A DNA stretch of 64,000 nt from Octopus sinensis (GCF_006345805.1 NC_042997.1:84258001-84322000); one strand, 5' to 3'. Counted from the stretch's first letter, positions 25,161 to 38,040 are shown. The notes: generated by a model not told the origin, from the sequence alone. Numbers and translations are program-made.

Positions 25161-27634
25161 AAGAAGAAAATATGAACGATAGAGCGGCAGCAGCGGATCA
25201 TAGTAGTAGCAAGTAGCAGCACCGAAACCCTGGACAGGGAATCACGCGGCTCGTCCGTCGATGGCTTAACAAGATTTGTAGTTTTTATTATTACATTATC
25301 TTTACTCACTTTTCTGATTGAGTGCTTTTCTACTTATACACACCTCTAATAACATAACGTTAAGCGTTGCAGTACAATCTACGTAACTTTTTGTATGTTA
25401 AATAGTACTATTCTCGAAGTATTATAGCACTATAGCAGTTTAGTGTTATTGAGTAGGGTGTATAACGTCCTGTCACCTGTTTACATGGTCCAGTTTGGCT
25501 GTTGTAGTTCAGTAATTTATTTTAAATTTTTCCTTGTGTCACTCATCCCTAAAAAAAGACTTGAATGGTTTTTATTTATCTTACATAATTATGAAACCTT
25601 GTATTAATGTAAAAGATGGTTTCATGTCATCAAGTAACGTATTTCGAACTGTTGGGATAACACTGAAGGTCGATTCTTTATATTTCTGTATATCTAAATT
25701 ACATGTTTCGACTCTCATTCAAGTAATAGCCTTCTTGTTTTCTTTTGTGACATATTCCAGACTATATTATCCAGTATATCTATTCGTTTTAATATGATAA
25801 TGTAGTATTTGAAGTTGTTTCCCTAAGATATCTCTGATCTATAATCAACGACATTCCATTCATAACCATCCCATTTTTTATAGAGGAGGACTACATTAGC
25901 CAGACTAATCTTTCTTTATTTAAGACTATGGCGGGTGACTCAAAGGAGATTTAGAAGTTAAGCCGATCGACTATTTAGAGATTTCTTCGTTTGGCGTAAT
26001 ATTTGAAACATATTTAGCTGCATAAATTAGCGGGTTGAGGAAACGGATGGAAACGCTTTCGTTGGAATAGAACAAGTAATGCACTTTGGCTGAGTTCACA
26101 TTGTCCGCCTTTCTGGTAGTACCTATCACAAAATAGACTGAAACACTATACCTGTATGATTTATAACTGCATAATGAAACGTGCAGTATAGATGTCAGCT
26201 AAGTGGAAGCATAGTATAATGGGATAACAGACCTGTGAGTTGCGTTGCCTCGTCGTTCGAGGCCGACTGTATACATGCTATAAATCTGCTCTTGTAGAGT
26301 TGATCTGGGGAAAATCAAGTTTCCATGTAGTAGTTTTCACTAGAGTGCTTCCCCCTTTACTTGCCTTTTCCTGATGTACTCGCGCTTCTGAGATGTTAAA
26401 CCGATGAGAAACGTCTCAGTCTATGGCGAGTCTTCATGGTATGAAGATTTGAGTAGTATTCACCATTACAAGTTAATGACTCACTGCTATTTAGAGTCGG
26501 TTGTTTGAGAGTTAACTAATATAATGCAGTGCCTTTGACAAATTACGAATGCTCGGTCTTTCAACAGGCTGTCTCATTGACACTGTTAACTTTGCCAACT
26601 TTGCCAACTTTGCCAGCTGAGTCCTTTATATATATGTAGTATAGTATAAACGTTAATCGAGTCTTCTCTCAAATGGAGCGCAGATAAATATTATGAAAAC
26701 TGATTAAGAAGACACAGCGGTGACTGGATATATCGTTCCCGGAAAGTGTGAAAACATTAATCGATTCCTCTTTATTTCAGTCAATGATTGTTAAATATGA
26801 TAATGAAGGAGAAATAAACGCTGCCACACGCGAGGATTTCGAAGATTGCAAATATGCTGCAACGTTATCAAGGAATTTAATTAACAAGGGAATTTTAAGT
26901 TGATCCTTAGATTCTCGTGCTTAAAGCGTATGTATAAAATAAGCACGAACGCAGATACGATCGAAGACCAAATCAATAAATTTACAAGAAAACATTTCCT
27001 TTTTCTAAAGGATGTACACAATAGTAATCAGAGCAGTATTATTAGGGGACAGTGACTCATTGTTATTGTAATGTGTAGGTTATTTAAAGTGCTAATATCA
27101 AACCTTGATTGTATGAATATTAACACACAAATAAATGCCATATTTTACAAGGAAATCATGCAAATAGAAACTTATCACGATGTGCATATGCAATGTCTCT
27201 GTAAAAGTATTCCAGAATTGAAAGATATATATTATATTCACTCATAAAGAAACAACACATAATCTCATAGTAACGTGTTTAAATAATTCCTTTTTCAATT
27301 CTTCAGTGGAAGAAAACTAATTCTTTAGTTCTTTAGCTTGTGTAAGCAATTACGGCCAGGAACATAGTGGATCATCGATGAAAATGTTTTCGAAATTTCA
27401 GATTTTATTATCTTCATATTTTCCAGAAGTTAAAGTTGGTTGTTTGGTTGAAATGGCAGCTGAAATTATAGACTGTTCACCAAAATACCATTTATTTCGT
27501 CTCTTAATATTCTGAATTCAAAACTTATCGAGTTTGAACTTAGCTGTTGCTTTTCACTTTTTCAATGTCAAATCAATAAATACCAATATTCTTCTGGTAT
27601 TTATTAAATTCGTCATAATTATTTTTCTACAGGA

Positions 27635-28115
27635 AATCGGTGAGCTTGGAGAATCGTTTTGGGCGTCGAGTGTTTTGAAGCATTTTACCGCTTCTTTACG
27701 TTCCGAGTTAAAATTCTACCGAGGGACTTAGCTTTTATTCTTTCGCAGTTGGTAAAATAAGTACCATTTGAGCACTGGGGTGGGTGTAATAGACTTGCCC
27801 TCTCTCACTAAAATATTGCTGGCCTTGTGCTAAAATTTGAAGTCATTGTTTCTGTACAAGTGCAGTCATCGCATCTGGTGAATAGAAAGCATTATTTTAT
27901 TACAATTAGGGATGTGAGCTGACAAAATCATTAGGGCATCGGGAAAATGCTGTGTTCCGGGTCTTTGTATTGAGTTCAAATCCACCGAAGCCATCTCTGC
28001 CTGTCATCCCGCCAGGGTCGATAAAATAACGTACTAGTCAAGTGCTAGGTTTGATGTAATCGACCAATTCCTGCCTCCCAAAGTAACCGATTTTATGTCT
28101 AAATCACAGGTCATT
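27635..28115 (+). mobile_element. Two degenerate SINE family 2 copies
   Basis: GTTCCGAGTTAAAATTC...GTACCATTTGAGCACTGGGG and GAGTTCAAATCCACCG...GGGTCGATAAAATAA. Confidence 0.6.
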
Positions 28116-29599
28116 ATTTTAAATTAATCCGATAAACTCAGACAGTTTGTGCCATAAAAAATTTCCATTTGTTGCAGATAGGTTTTTCTTCTAAATAGGT
28201 GTGTGTGTGTGTGTGTGTGTGTGTGATGGAGTATTTCACATACTTCATTGCAACAGTTTATTGTCTTAAAGTACACATATTCCTTGTTAAAAAGTAGTCT
28301 AACAACTCCTACCGATATATGTCGAAATTATTTTGTACAAAATTGCTACGTTGTTAAGGGACTTAACTAATTTGCAAATTCCTCCGGTTATCTGATTTCA
28401 AATTAACTCAAAATTGACCCAGAATTGATGTAAAGGATAAGGTTGCTTGAAATCTGAGCAAAATTGATGCAGATCAAGATCAATATAATAACGAATAGAT
28501 AATTATATTGTTACTGGGGACTGTTTTCAACATCCTTCTCTCTTGAAGCTGGGAAAAGGTAAGTCGATATTGAATTCGTCCATCTTAGTCTTAAATTTAC
28601 CATTTTATCGACTATCCAGTAAATTCTGTCGAAATTCTGGTGTCATACAACCATGGAATGCAATTCTCTTACACTTTATTTATCTATTTATTTAATGGCT
28701 GATAAGGGAGGTATTGACTAAATTCTTATTGGAATCTAGTATCATACTAATCTCACAAAAATAAAATCGATTTTCCCTGTCAAAATCGTATATGATTTAT
28801 CTAACAGTAGCCCGATAATATTACTTAATTTTTACACATCAGATTCATCCATTAAAAAGTATTAGCTCCCTTGACTTCTGGAGGTTGCTGGCTTGCTTAG
28901 TTATGTTCACGATAAGATTTGAACGAAGCGCTGATTTCATTGGTTTCTTCTTGTAGTCCCATGGTTCGTGTGATGTTCAAAGACATCATAACACTGGTTT
29001 GTAGACCCTTTGGTCGTTAATCCGATACCGTATCAATTCCACCAAAGTCAGTTTTATCTCTCTGTTTCTTTCTTTCTTTCTTTCTTTCTCCCTCTCTCTC
29101 CCCCTCTCTCTCTTACTAACTATATAGAAAGCTTGAGTTGGCTTATATTATGTATATCAATCCTCTGCAATAGCACATCTCCCTGAATATACTGGGACGA
29201 AGTATAGTCAACTGAATTGCCCCAGTATATGACGTTGCTAGAAATAGCAAGCAAATCTCTTACTCCCTCTCTCTTCCATTCTCTCCCCATCTCTCGCTCT
29301 CTAGAAAGAAAAAAATGGCTTATTGGTTAATGTAGTTACACTGATTGCTAAAAGTGGTTACACTGTTTGCTAAAAGTCGTTACTCTGCTAAAATTGAAAT
29401 GGGATGTCAGATATGAAATATTTTAAATATTATGTTTGTATGATTAAAGGATTTTTATTTTATTAAACTCTGAAGTATGGAAGGTCGACCCAGTATTTCA
29501 CATCAGAATGTAAGGATTTGTAACTAAATGAAGGAATCTCCCATCAAAGACGACGTATGAGTGTTCAGTTTCTACTGAACGACCTTCACGAATGACTTG

Positions 29600-29790
29600 T
29601 TTATAGTGACGAAATGTATGTGCTGAACAGGTGCACAGTGTACCATATATCAGGTGTCAAAGTGATCGCAAAGCAACATGAGATGAAGTGTTTTGCTCAA
29701 GAACACAACGCACTAACCGGTCCTGGAACTGAAACCACAATCTCGCGATCATGTGTGCAACACCCTATCCGCTAGGCCATGCACCTTCAC
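29600..29790 (-). mobile_element. tRNA/CORE SINE family 3
   Basis: Reverse complement: GTGAAGGTGCATGGCCTAGCGGATAGG...GGTTTCAGTTCC...TTCTTGAGCAAAACACTTCAT. Confidence 0.75.
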
Positions 29791-29820
29791 GTGTAATTAA
29801 GTCACTGTATTTTAACCTTC

Positions 29821-30120
29821 CGTGGAAGTACATGGCCTAGTGGTTAGAGTAGCGGACACGCGGTCGAGGTGGGTTCGAATCTCAGACCGGGTGATGTGTG
29901 TGTTTATGAGCGAAACACCCAAGCTTCACGTGGCTCCAGCAGAAGGTAATGGCGAACTTCTGCTGACTGTTTCGCCACAACTTTCGCTCACTCTTTCCTC
30001 CTGCATCTTGCAGCTCACATGCGACGGACCGGCGTCCCGTCTAGGTGGGGAACCTATACGCTAAGGAAACCGGGAAACTGGCCCTAATGAGCCAGGCATG
30101 GCTCGAGAAGGAACAAACAA
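29821..30120 (+). mobile_element. Full-length tRNA-headed SINE with a distinct body and AACA tail
   Basis: A box TGGCCTAGTGG, B box GGTTCGAATC, body GACGGACCGGCGTCCCGTCTAGG...GGAAACCGGG, tail GGAACAAACAA. Confidence 0.75.
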
Positions 30121-30289
30121 TTTTAAACTTCCACTACCATTACACTCAGCCACACCCGACAAATTACTGACTTCTTTAGTATCATGAATGATTAGTGGTA
30201 TCGCGGAAATCACACGCTTTATAACTGATCTTTATTTCAATTTTAGTTTTGATACATGAATTCATAAATCTAGGTGTAGGCATGGGAGG

Positions 30290-30410
30290 ATGGTTAAGAA
30301 TATCGATATGCGGCCACGTGGCTTCGGGTGCAGTCCCACTGCACAGTATCTTGGGCAAGTGTCTTGTACTACAGCATCGGCTCAACCAATACCTTTTGAC
30401 TGAATTTGGC
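30290..30410 (+). mobile_element. SINE family 1 head/CORE fragment
   Basis: GGTTAAG...GGGTGCAGTCCCACTGCACAGTATCTTGGGCAAGTGTCTT. Confidence 0.65.
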
Positions 30411-30430
30411 GCGCACACATGTATGTATGT

Positions 30431-30583
30431 CTCTTCCGTATTTAATCATTTAAATTTCCTCTGAAGGAGGAGCTGATTTCTAACGAAGATACAAAGCTCC
30501 CTCTTTGGAATGCAGATTACGAAAACAACGTCATGTTTTAAACCCGAGAAAAGTCTTGCATACTTTTACTGTTCTGCTTACAA

Positions 30584-30584
<1 letters not shown>
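30431..30584 (-). mobile_element. R4-like lineage 2, extreme 3' stub inside a (TATG)n array
   Basis: Reverse complement matches 20625-20750 and 21270-21415. (TATG)n on both sides (30418-30430; 30585-30676). Confidence 0.8.
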
Positions 30585-30614
<30 letters not shown>

Positions 30615-32215
30615 TGTATGTATGTATGTATGTATGTATGTATGTATGTATGTATGTATGTATGTATGTATGTATGTGTGTGTGTATTGTCCACATTGTG
30701 ACAATACATGTGGTGGTTCAATAAGCCAGGCTCATGCTCATATCCATATTAATGTTGATGGCCTGAGGACTCACATGAGGTGTCATTTGGTGAAGTGAAT
30801 GGATTGTAAACATTGGTGAATGGTAGTAATAGTAATGTGAATGTGTTGCTGATTGTTTGGTTGGCTGGACGTGTTTTTGTTATTTCGCTGAACACTCATA
30901 CGTCATCTTCGACGGGAGAGTCCCTCATCTATATATGCTCATATATGTGTTTGTTCCTAGTCATGGGCGACCAGTGGACCGAGGTATTTTCTGAATGGCA
31001 AGCCTAATGGGAGATTACTTTCATTTTTTACAGTTGTGCAGAGGCCTGATGATGAGTAATATCTCGTGCGGCCTGAGAAAAGTTGCTTGTGCCTGCTTTA
31101 GTCGAAGAAATAGAGCCGAATATTTATTTCTAAGTTTTGCACCTATTCTTTCGGATTTTTTTGCTGAACCGCTAAGTTATGTGGTTGTCAAGCTGTGTAT
31201 ATAAGGACAAACACTAAGACACTTTACTTCAGCAAGGCTGCTGTCTACTAACTGATACAAGTAAAAAGCAAACGACGAAGGATATTGTTTCATTATGTTT
31301 TCGATTTCGTTCCATAATCGAAATTATTGAAAGTGTAATACTCAAACTTTTTCGTTTGTCTTAAAAATTTTTGATTATATCCTCGATTTTGTTTTATAGT
31401 TAAAAAGGGCTGTTAAAACCTTCGAACACATATCATGACATATAGAATAATAATTATTATAGATACAATCTGCTTTAGAGTGTCTTTTGAAAAATGTTTC
31501 TTTTCAATGAGTGAAATGTCTTCAGACTGACTATACAGTATTACAGACGAAATCTAGCTTTCCCACATTTCTTAATATAATCTATACTGATAATCTCATT
31601 AATACAAGATCTATTCACGCTTCTCAAGACTATTGATTCATAACTTTTATGTAATCAATCCTAGTCATTTTCATTTCCTTCCGTTTTATTTTCCTTCCGC
31701 TAATAATAAATTTGTCAATAATGAGCTGATGTTTGGGACCTCATTGTGTTTCTTTTGTTCACCTAACTCATATCGCCTTCCAACTGCCTGCTTGCCTACC
31801 TGCCAGCCTGCCTGCCTATCTCTACCTATCGAACAGCGTTTCTTTTTGCTTCGAGATGTTTCCATATGTTATCTGCAATCATAGATATCATTAATTTCGC
31901 ATGATAAGCACAAGTATTTATTGGATAATAATTAATGACTACGTCCTTATTTCAGTCGACTGCTTTGAATGAGAATCGTAATTTCTCTTTCTTCTCATTC
32001 ATAAATCACTCCTCCTCGCCAGCACCATTCTCTTCATCTCACTCACTTTCGCTTCTTATCTTTCTCTCCATATGTCTTTTCTCTATATGTATCTATCTCT
32101 GCTTAGAGTGATAGTAAGCATTTGGTTTATTATTTCCAATGTATTACATTTATTATATTTTCCATCAATGTTCTTCTTCACCGCTATAACAGTAACGTTG
32201 TGTGTCTTAATGATA

Positions 32216-32268
<53 letters not shown>

Positions 32269-32277
32269 TAATAACAC

Positions 32278-32313
<36 letters not shown>

Positions 32314-32379
32314 TAATAACAATAATAATAATGATGCTAATAATAGTAATAATGATAAATAATAACAGCAATAATAATA

Positions 32380-32680
32380 AACTCGAATGTAGATCCTAAA
32401 AACAGAAACAAAGATCTGGAAATAGAGGTAACTCGAATGTGGAGCCTAAAAACCGAAATAATTCCTATCATAGTAGGTGCATTAGGTATGATAAAAAAAC
32501 ATTTAGACAAATACATAACAAAACCACCAGGACTTACAAGTACATATAACATATAGTACTACTAGGTACCGCACACATCCTACTTAAAACACTTTCAGTA
32601 CAGTGAAAAAAAGAGCACCATTACAAACCACAGCACATGCCCAAGGCACACAGACCCCACTTGTAAAGAAAAGTGAGGAT
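32380..32680 (+). mobile_element. Dong-like LINE 3' fragment after an (AAT)n array (32215-32380)
   Basis: Matches 52705-52950 (GATCTGGAAATAGAGGTAACTCGAATGTGG...ACAGCACATGCCCAAGGCACACAG). A ~30-bp piece is duplicated at the 5' junction. Confidence 0.85.
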
Positions 32681-32707
32681 GTAGAAGAAAGTCTTCCCCT
32701 CCAGAGA

Positions 32708-32817
32708 AGAGATTATATGACAATAAAATACTAGAGTTTGTCGTCCATCCATCCGTCAGTCTGTCCGTCCGCCCGTCCATCCATCCATCCAACCATCCAT
32801 CCATCCATCCATCCATT
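32708..32817 (+). repeat. Copy 1 of a perfect 110-bp direct repeat (copy 2 at 35300-35409)
   Basis: Base-by-base identical by eye, including the interrupted (ATCC)n tract. Confidence 0.9.
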
Positions 32818-32989
32818 GTCAAAAGGTGAATGGCTGACAAAAATGGTCATACATCGATCTCAAACATTCCATGTGGGAAATGGAAATGGAGGTTCAAGGT
32901 GTCGCCTCCTCTGTCTTCTTCGTCTAGGTTGGCCTTTATAATTATTTTAATTAATTATTTTAATGAATAATAATAATAATAATGATTTT

Positions 32990-33170
32990 CAAATTTTTGC
33001 CCCAGGCCAACAATTACACCGATTCCAGTATTCAATTGGCACTTATTGATCCCGAAAAGAGAAAGGCAAAGTCGAGCTCGGTAGAATTTGAACTCAGATC
33101 ATAAAGACGGACGAAATTCCGCTAAACATTTTGCCCGGTGTGTTACTATTACTGAGCATGTCGCCTCAGT
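32990..33170 (-). mobile_element. SINE family 2 with (AAT)n tail to its left
   Basis: CCCGAAAAGAGAAAGGCAAAGTCGAGCTCGG...GAACTCAGATC...GACGAAATTCCGCTAAACATTTTGCCCGG. Confidence 0.75.
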
Positions 33171-33209
33171 AATAGTAACAGCAACAACAACAATACTACT
33201 AATAATAAA

Positions 33210-33990
33210 AAATTAAATACAAGGTGAGAAATCATTTGGAAGTGAAGAAGCTATCTAGCAAACATACAAATTCATTGGAATGCTAGAAATAGCAGTGAAA
33301 TTTCTTAAAACTTACACCAAATGTCATAAATACGGAGAGTAGGTATTCTATAATATGCCCCTAGATACTTTCCACGCAAAAAAAACAAAAACGAAAGAAG
33401 GAAACAAACACTCATGCCTGGAATCATTTTGATCGTATGTTTACCTATTCAAGTGAAGAATCAAAACCACAAATTGTCAAAACACTTAAAACTATGCTGA
33501 AAATAGACTTTTGAATGACATACTAAGACGATGGCATATAAAAAGAAAAGACATTGCATAGGCAATATCTGACAAGACTGAACAAAAGAAGAAGGGGATC
33601 AAGAAAACACATATGCCGCACTTAGCACATAGCACAAACCTGAATCCGAAGGATATCCTTTTGCGACACAGGACCGAAGCTTTCTTACCAGGAACTACCC
33701 AAAGCATATGGCGATGCAGAATAAAAAAAAAAGTAATTTCAGAATTTGTTATGAAGAAACAATCAATCATAGTTTTTTTTTCTGACTATTTAGTCTTAGC
33801 CAAAACAGAATATTATTCACAAGCGCGAGAGAGTTGCATTTAATGTGCGCTGGACATTATATACCAACGTCTTGAAATACCGATAATAAAGAAATGGTAT
33901 AAACATACATCTGTAACATCCTCAGAGAATGACAAAGTCCATACTCTGGGATATGCCAATCTACACAGACAATGAGATTAAGGAACTTGT
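33210..33990 (+). mobile_element. Heavily degenerate Dong-like LINE fragment
   Basis: Broken frames give QTYKFIGMLE, ESEGYPFATQDRSFLTRNY and ILWDMPIYTDNEIK. Confidence 0.65.
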
Positions 33991-34149
33991 CCAGATATTG
34001 TTGCCAATGACCATCGGGAAAGGAAACATCTCCTGTTCGATTTATCACATTCTACAGAAAATGCGTCTTTCAAAGAAAAGGGAAGTCCAAAGGAAAACCA
34101 GAGATAAGCAGAATGGAGAATGGGGGATGAAAATGATTTAAAAGATTTT

Positions 34150-34740
34150 GCTGTGGCTGCGTGAAGTTAGATTCACAACCACATGGATTCAGTTTCAGTC
34201 CCATTGCGTGGCACCTTCAACAAATGTCTTCTGCTATAGCTCCGGGCCGACTAGCGACTCGTGAGTGGATTTCGTACACGGAAACCGAAAGCCCGTCGTA
34301 CGTACATACATACATGTACATGTATAATCACATGTATGTATATATGTATATGTCTATGTGTGTGTATGTGTGAGTGTTTGTATTTGTTCCCTGCCAATCC
34401 CTGACAATCGGTGTTGGTTTGCAAAGTCGACCTCAGCGGAATTTGAACTCAGAATGTGAAGATGGACGAAATGCCGCTTAGCTTTTTTCACGGTTTGCTA
34501 ACGATTCTGCAGCTCACCGCCGGTTTCACGTTTTGGCATAAGACCAGAAAGTTTTTGGGTAAGGGTATTAATCGATTACATAAACTCCCAGTTTCAACTG
34601 GAGTTTATTTTATCGACTTCGAAAGAATAAAAAGCATAGTCAACCTCGGCGGAATTCGTACTCAGAACGTAAAGACGGACGAAATGCCGCTAAGTATTTT
34701 ACCCGGTGTGGTAACGATTCTGCCTGCTCGCCACCCTATA
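34150..34740. mobile_element. SINE family 1 (+, ~34150-34420) joined to two SINE family 2 pieces (-, ~34420-34740)
   Basis: Head GCTGTGGCTGCGTG...TTTCAGTCCC, then GTCGACCTCAGCGGAATTTGAACTCAGAA and a second copy at ~34640. Confidence 0.75.
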
Positions 34741-34879
34741 GTGTAGTTATTAATTGGACAAAATCGATAGTAGCTATGTTAGGAATATTACGAAAGTATA
34801 TGGCAGCCTTCATTTACGGTCACATAGCAGCAGGTGATGAGTATGTGATGAATATATGATGAAGAATTAAATAAATTGC

Positions 34880-35160
34880 ACCTCGAAAGTTCCCATTGGC
34901 GGCACAATCCAGGAAAGGTTGTTTGTTTGTGGAAGACCAGCAGCCGCCTATGTATACCAATCTCCCTTCTGCATGCTACCAATGTTGTCCGAGGGAAAGA
35001 TAAAGTCTGATACAGCTTGGCACCAGTGACGTCGCAACTCGTTTCTACAGCTGGAGCAACGTGAAATAGTGCCTTGCTCAAAAACACAATACACAGCCTG
35101 ATCTGGGAATCGAACTCACAACCTAATGATTGTGAGTCCGACGCTCTAACAACTGAGCCC
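34880..35160 (-). mobile_element. tRNA/CORE SINE (family 3 variant)
   Basis: Reverse complement: CAGTTGTTAGAGCGTCGGACTCAC...GTGAGTTCGATTCCC...TTTTGAGCAAGGCACTATTTC. Confidence 0.7.
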
Positions 35161-35299
35161 TCCAATATATTAACTGACGAAATATTCACTCTTAGATGAA
35201 ACCAATGAAACAAAATGAAAGAAAATATCAAAAAAATATAGAGAAATGAAATAAAGTTTTAAAATAGACGACTTCATGAATAGTTTGACAGAAAAACGG

Positions 35300-35409
35300 A
35301 GAGATTATATGACAATAAAATACTAGAGTTTGTCGTCCATCCATCCGTCAGTCTGTCCGTCCGCCCGTCCATCCATCCATCCAACCATCCATCCATCCAT
35401 CCATCCATT
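35300..35409 (+). repeat. Copy 2 of the perfect 110-bp direct repeat
   Basis: Identical to 32708-32817. Confidence 0.9.
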
Positions 35410-35864
35410 TTTGCCCTTTGTAATTCTTTCCCTCGACATTCTAATTACTTCCGTGGCACAGAGAAATAGTGGCTCAGCCTAGAGAGATTCCCTTATCTTC
35501 GACCTACGCACCCCGTCGAATAACGTTATCCTAGAGATCCTTCGAGACAACACCATTTCGACTGCTTGTATTCGTGATTACACCCTTCCAGTCATTGCCC
35601 AACGTTCATGACCTTAGGTGAAGATAGGCACGGAAACCGAATTCAAAAAAGTTTGGTCGTGGAAAATAAAATTCGGAAAACTAATAGAATTTACTGGTGG
35701 TTTCCTTAGACCACATATAAAAAACAGATTCTATTAAGAAATTCAGTTACCATCTTAGAGGTGATATCTAATGTTATCTTTGTGGTAGAAAACTGAATTT
35801 GACCCATTTGGTCAATGGCTTCAGTTTTATTAACCGGAAGCATAGCAAATGTAACTGCAGGCGT

Positions 35865-36023
35865 AGGCATAGCAATGTGGTTAAGAAACTTGCTATGCAA
35901 GCACATGGTTTCGGGCTCAGTCCCACTGTGCGGCGCCTCAGACTAGTATCTTTTATTATAGTCCAGAGACGACTAATACCTAATGAGTGAATTTGGTAGA
36001 CGGAAACTGCGAAGAAGCTTTTC

Positions 36024-36025
<2 letters not shown>
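35865..36025 (+). mobile_element. SINE family 1 head followed by a long TA/TG tract
   Basis: GCAATGTGGTTAAGAAACTTGCT...GGGCTCAGTCCCACTG...GAATTTGGTAGACGGAAACTG. Confidence 0.75.
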
Positions 36026-36112
<87 letters not shown>

Positions 36113-36503
36113 GTGTGTGTGTGTGGTGTGTGTGTGTGTGGTCTGAGTGTGTGTATTTATGCATATGTTATCAAAAATATTTTATATCTTTGTTTTTCTC
36201 ACAGGCGGTGCCAAACTGACATTCTGTAGTCGGCAAAATGAAAAATACAAAATATGAAATGGCGACAATTTACCCGTCGTATCCTGTATTACGCAGCTAT
36301 TGCTATATATATATATATAAATACACACACACACCACACACACACACACACACCCATATATATATAGCAATATCTGCATTTCCATTTGTAAGGAGCTGCG
36401 GTCCTGGGTCAAGTCCAAGACTGAGCATCTGGTACCCATAATGTCGTAAGATGCTTACTCCCACCAGTTGTGCAATGAACTTGTTGAAAGCTCCCCGTTG
36501 ACG

Positions 36504-36545
<42 letters not shown>

Positions 36546-36639
36546 TATATATATATATATATTATATATATTACAGTTCTATATTTAAGAGATGAGGAAT
36601 TATATACATTATTTACATTTGGCGGATACTTGTCCTCAT

Positions 36640-37769
36640 CTTGCTTGTTGTTAAGACACCGCATTTTTAGACTAAATCTGTCATCTTCGTGACATCTGCA
36701 TTTTAGTCCTTTTTGCACAACATGGTTGTACACATTTTGTCCTAAATGAAACAAGCAACATATCAAATTCGACCCAGTAAACGGTTCCAGAAATCCGTTA
36801 TGTACTGCTTTTTCGAAATCCATAATTATATTATCAGATCCCTCATTCTGCAGTAATCCATTTATTTTGGCAAAAAGTCCACTGTATATGTCTTGAGTTT
36901 TGTCAGAGAGCAAAGCAAACAATCAATTTGAATGTGAAGTATATATATAACTGAAAAAATATACTTGAGCAGCACTTGTTCCATCTGCTGTTTTAACTGT
37001 CGAAGTGCTTCGTCACTTGCAAATATTCGTATTCGTTTTGAATCTTCTTCCTCGCTGTCATACTGTAAAAATGTTCATCATTGTCAAGGGCGGAGTATTC
37101 ACTTGGAATGGAAAAACCCGACATTTTTATAAGTGGGGTGGCAGGATCGTTCAAATCAGCTTGCCTCCAACGTCTAATATTCCTATAAAGCTGTACAAAC
37201 GGAGGTATTTGCGACGATGTACACTCATTTAAATTCTGAACTTCACCAGCGATAATTGTGCAAAGGGCATCACGAGATGAAATAAACTTTACTTTAATAT
37301 TTGAAACTATCATCCTTGCATTTACCTCAGCAGCAGTTGAAACGTGATTATGGATCCCAATCTTATGGATTATGGATTCCAATCTCTTTATAATTTTCAT
37401 CTGTATGAAGTCTCACCTTGTACACACGATTTTCGCACCGTCAATCCATCTGCATTCTACTTATTTTTTGTGTGCATGTAATTTTTTTGAACGATCACTT
37501 TGATTTTTCCTTTCTCTGAAGTTATGATCTTGTAGATAATCATGTTGATGGGTATTAAAGAAAGGAAAAAAAATATCTATAACTGTCTAACGACAATTTT
37601 AATCCTAAAGTGATTGATCTAAACTTTCCCTCGAAATTCACATTTAAAAGTATTTTGGGACGAATTCACCAGCGACGAATTGACCTGGGAATTAATTGAT
37701 CAACGATGAAATGACCGGGGGCAAATTAACCGACGACGAAATAACCGGGGACGAAATGTCCTAGCACCG
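36640..37769 (-). mobile_element. MULE (Mutator/Phantom-like) transposon: one terminus plus a frameshifted FLYWCH-DDE transposase fragment
   Basis: SEKGK..IV.NYM..KNK and HNH (FLYWCH-like); FALLSDKTQDIY, IIMDFEKAVHN, CCLFHLGQ (MULE DDE region). Terminal repeat array at 37657-37761. Confidence 0.85.
37657..37761 (-). repeat. Seven 15-bp subterminal repeats (GGTCA(A/T)TTCGTCNCN) at the MULE end
   Basis: Reverse complement: GGACATTTCGTCCCC GGTTATTTCGTCGTC GGTTAATTTGCCCCC GGTCATTTCATCGTT ... GGTGAATTCGTCCC. Confidence 0.8.
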
Positions 37770-37817
37770 TTTTAGGGGTACGGGTCCAACTTCCGTAGCC
37801 ACTTGCTGGCAACTTTT

Positions 37818-38040
37818 TAAGGCGGCGAGCGGGCAGAATCGTTAGCACGCCCGGCGAAATGTACAGTGGTATTTTGTTTGTCTTCACGTTCTGGGTTCAA
37901 ATTCCGTCGAGGTCGACTTTGCCTTTCATCTTTTCGGGGTCGATAAATTAAATACCAGTGAAACACTGAGGTCGATGCAATCGACTAGTCTCCTCCCTCC
38001 AAAATTTCAGGCCTTGTGGCTTTGGGAGAAAGGATTATTA
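37818..38040 (+). mobile_element. SINE family 2, full length (best copy in the window)
   Basis: AAGGCGGCGAGCGGGCAGAATCGTTAG...B-box-like GGGTTCAAATTCC...ends AAAGGATTATTA. Confidence 0.85.

Noticed and set aside
24170-28566. Possible host micro-exons with GTAAGT donors (~24216, ~28560)
   Set aside because: No recognisable coding frame or consistent gene model; needs RNA-seq.
32708-35409. The 110-bp direct repeats as LTRs of a TRIM element
   Set aside because: No TG...CA termini, TSD, PBS or PPT, and the interior is old unrelated debris.
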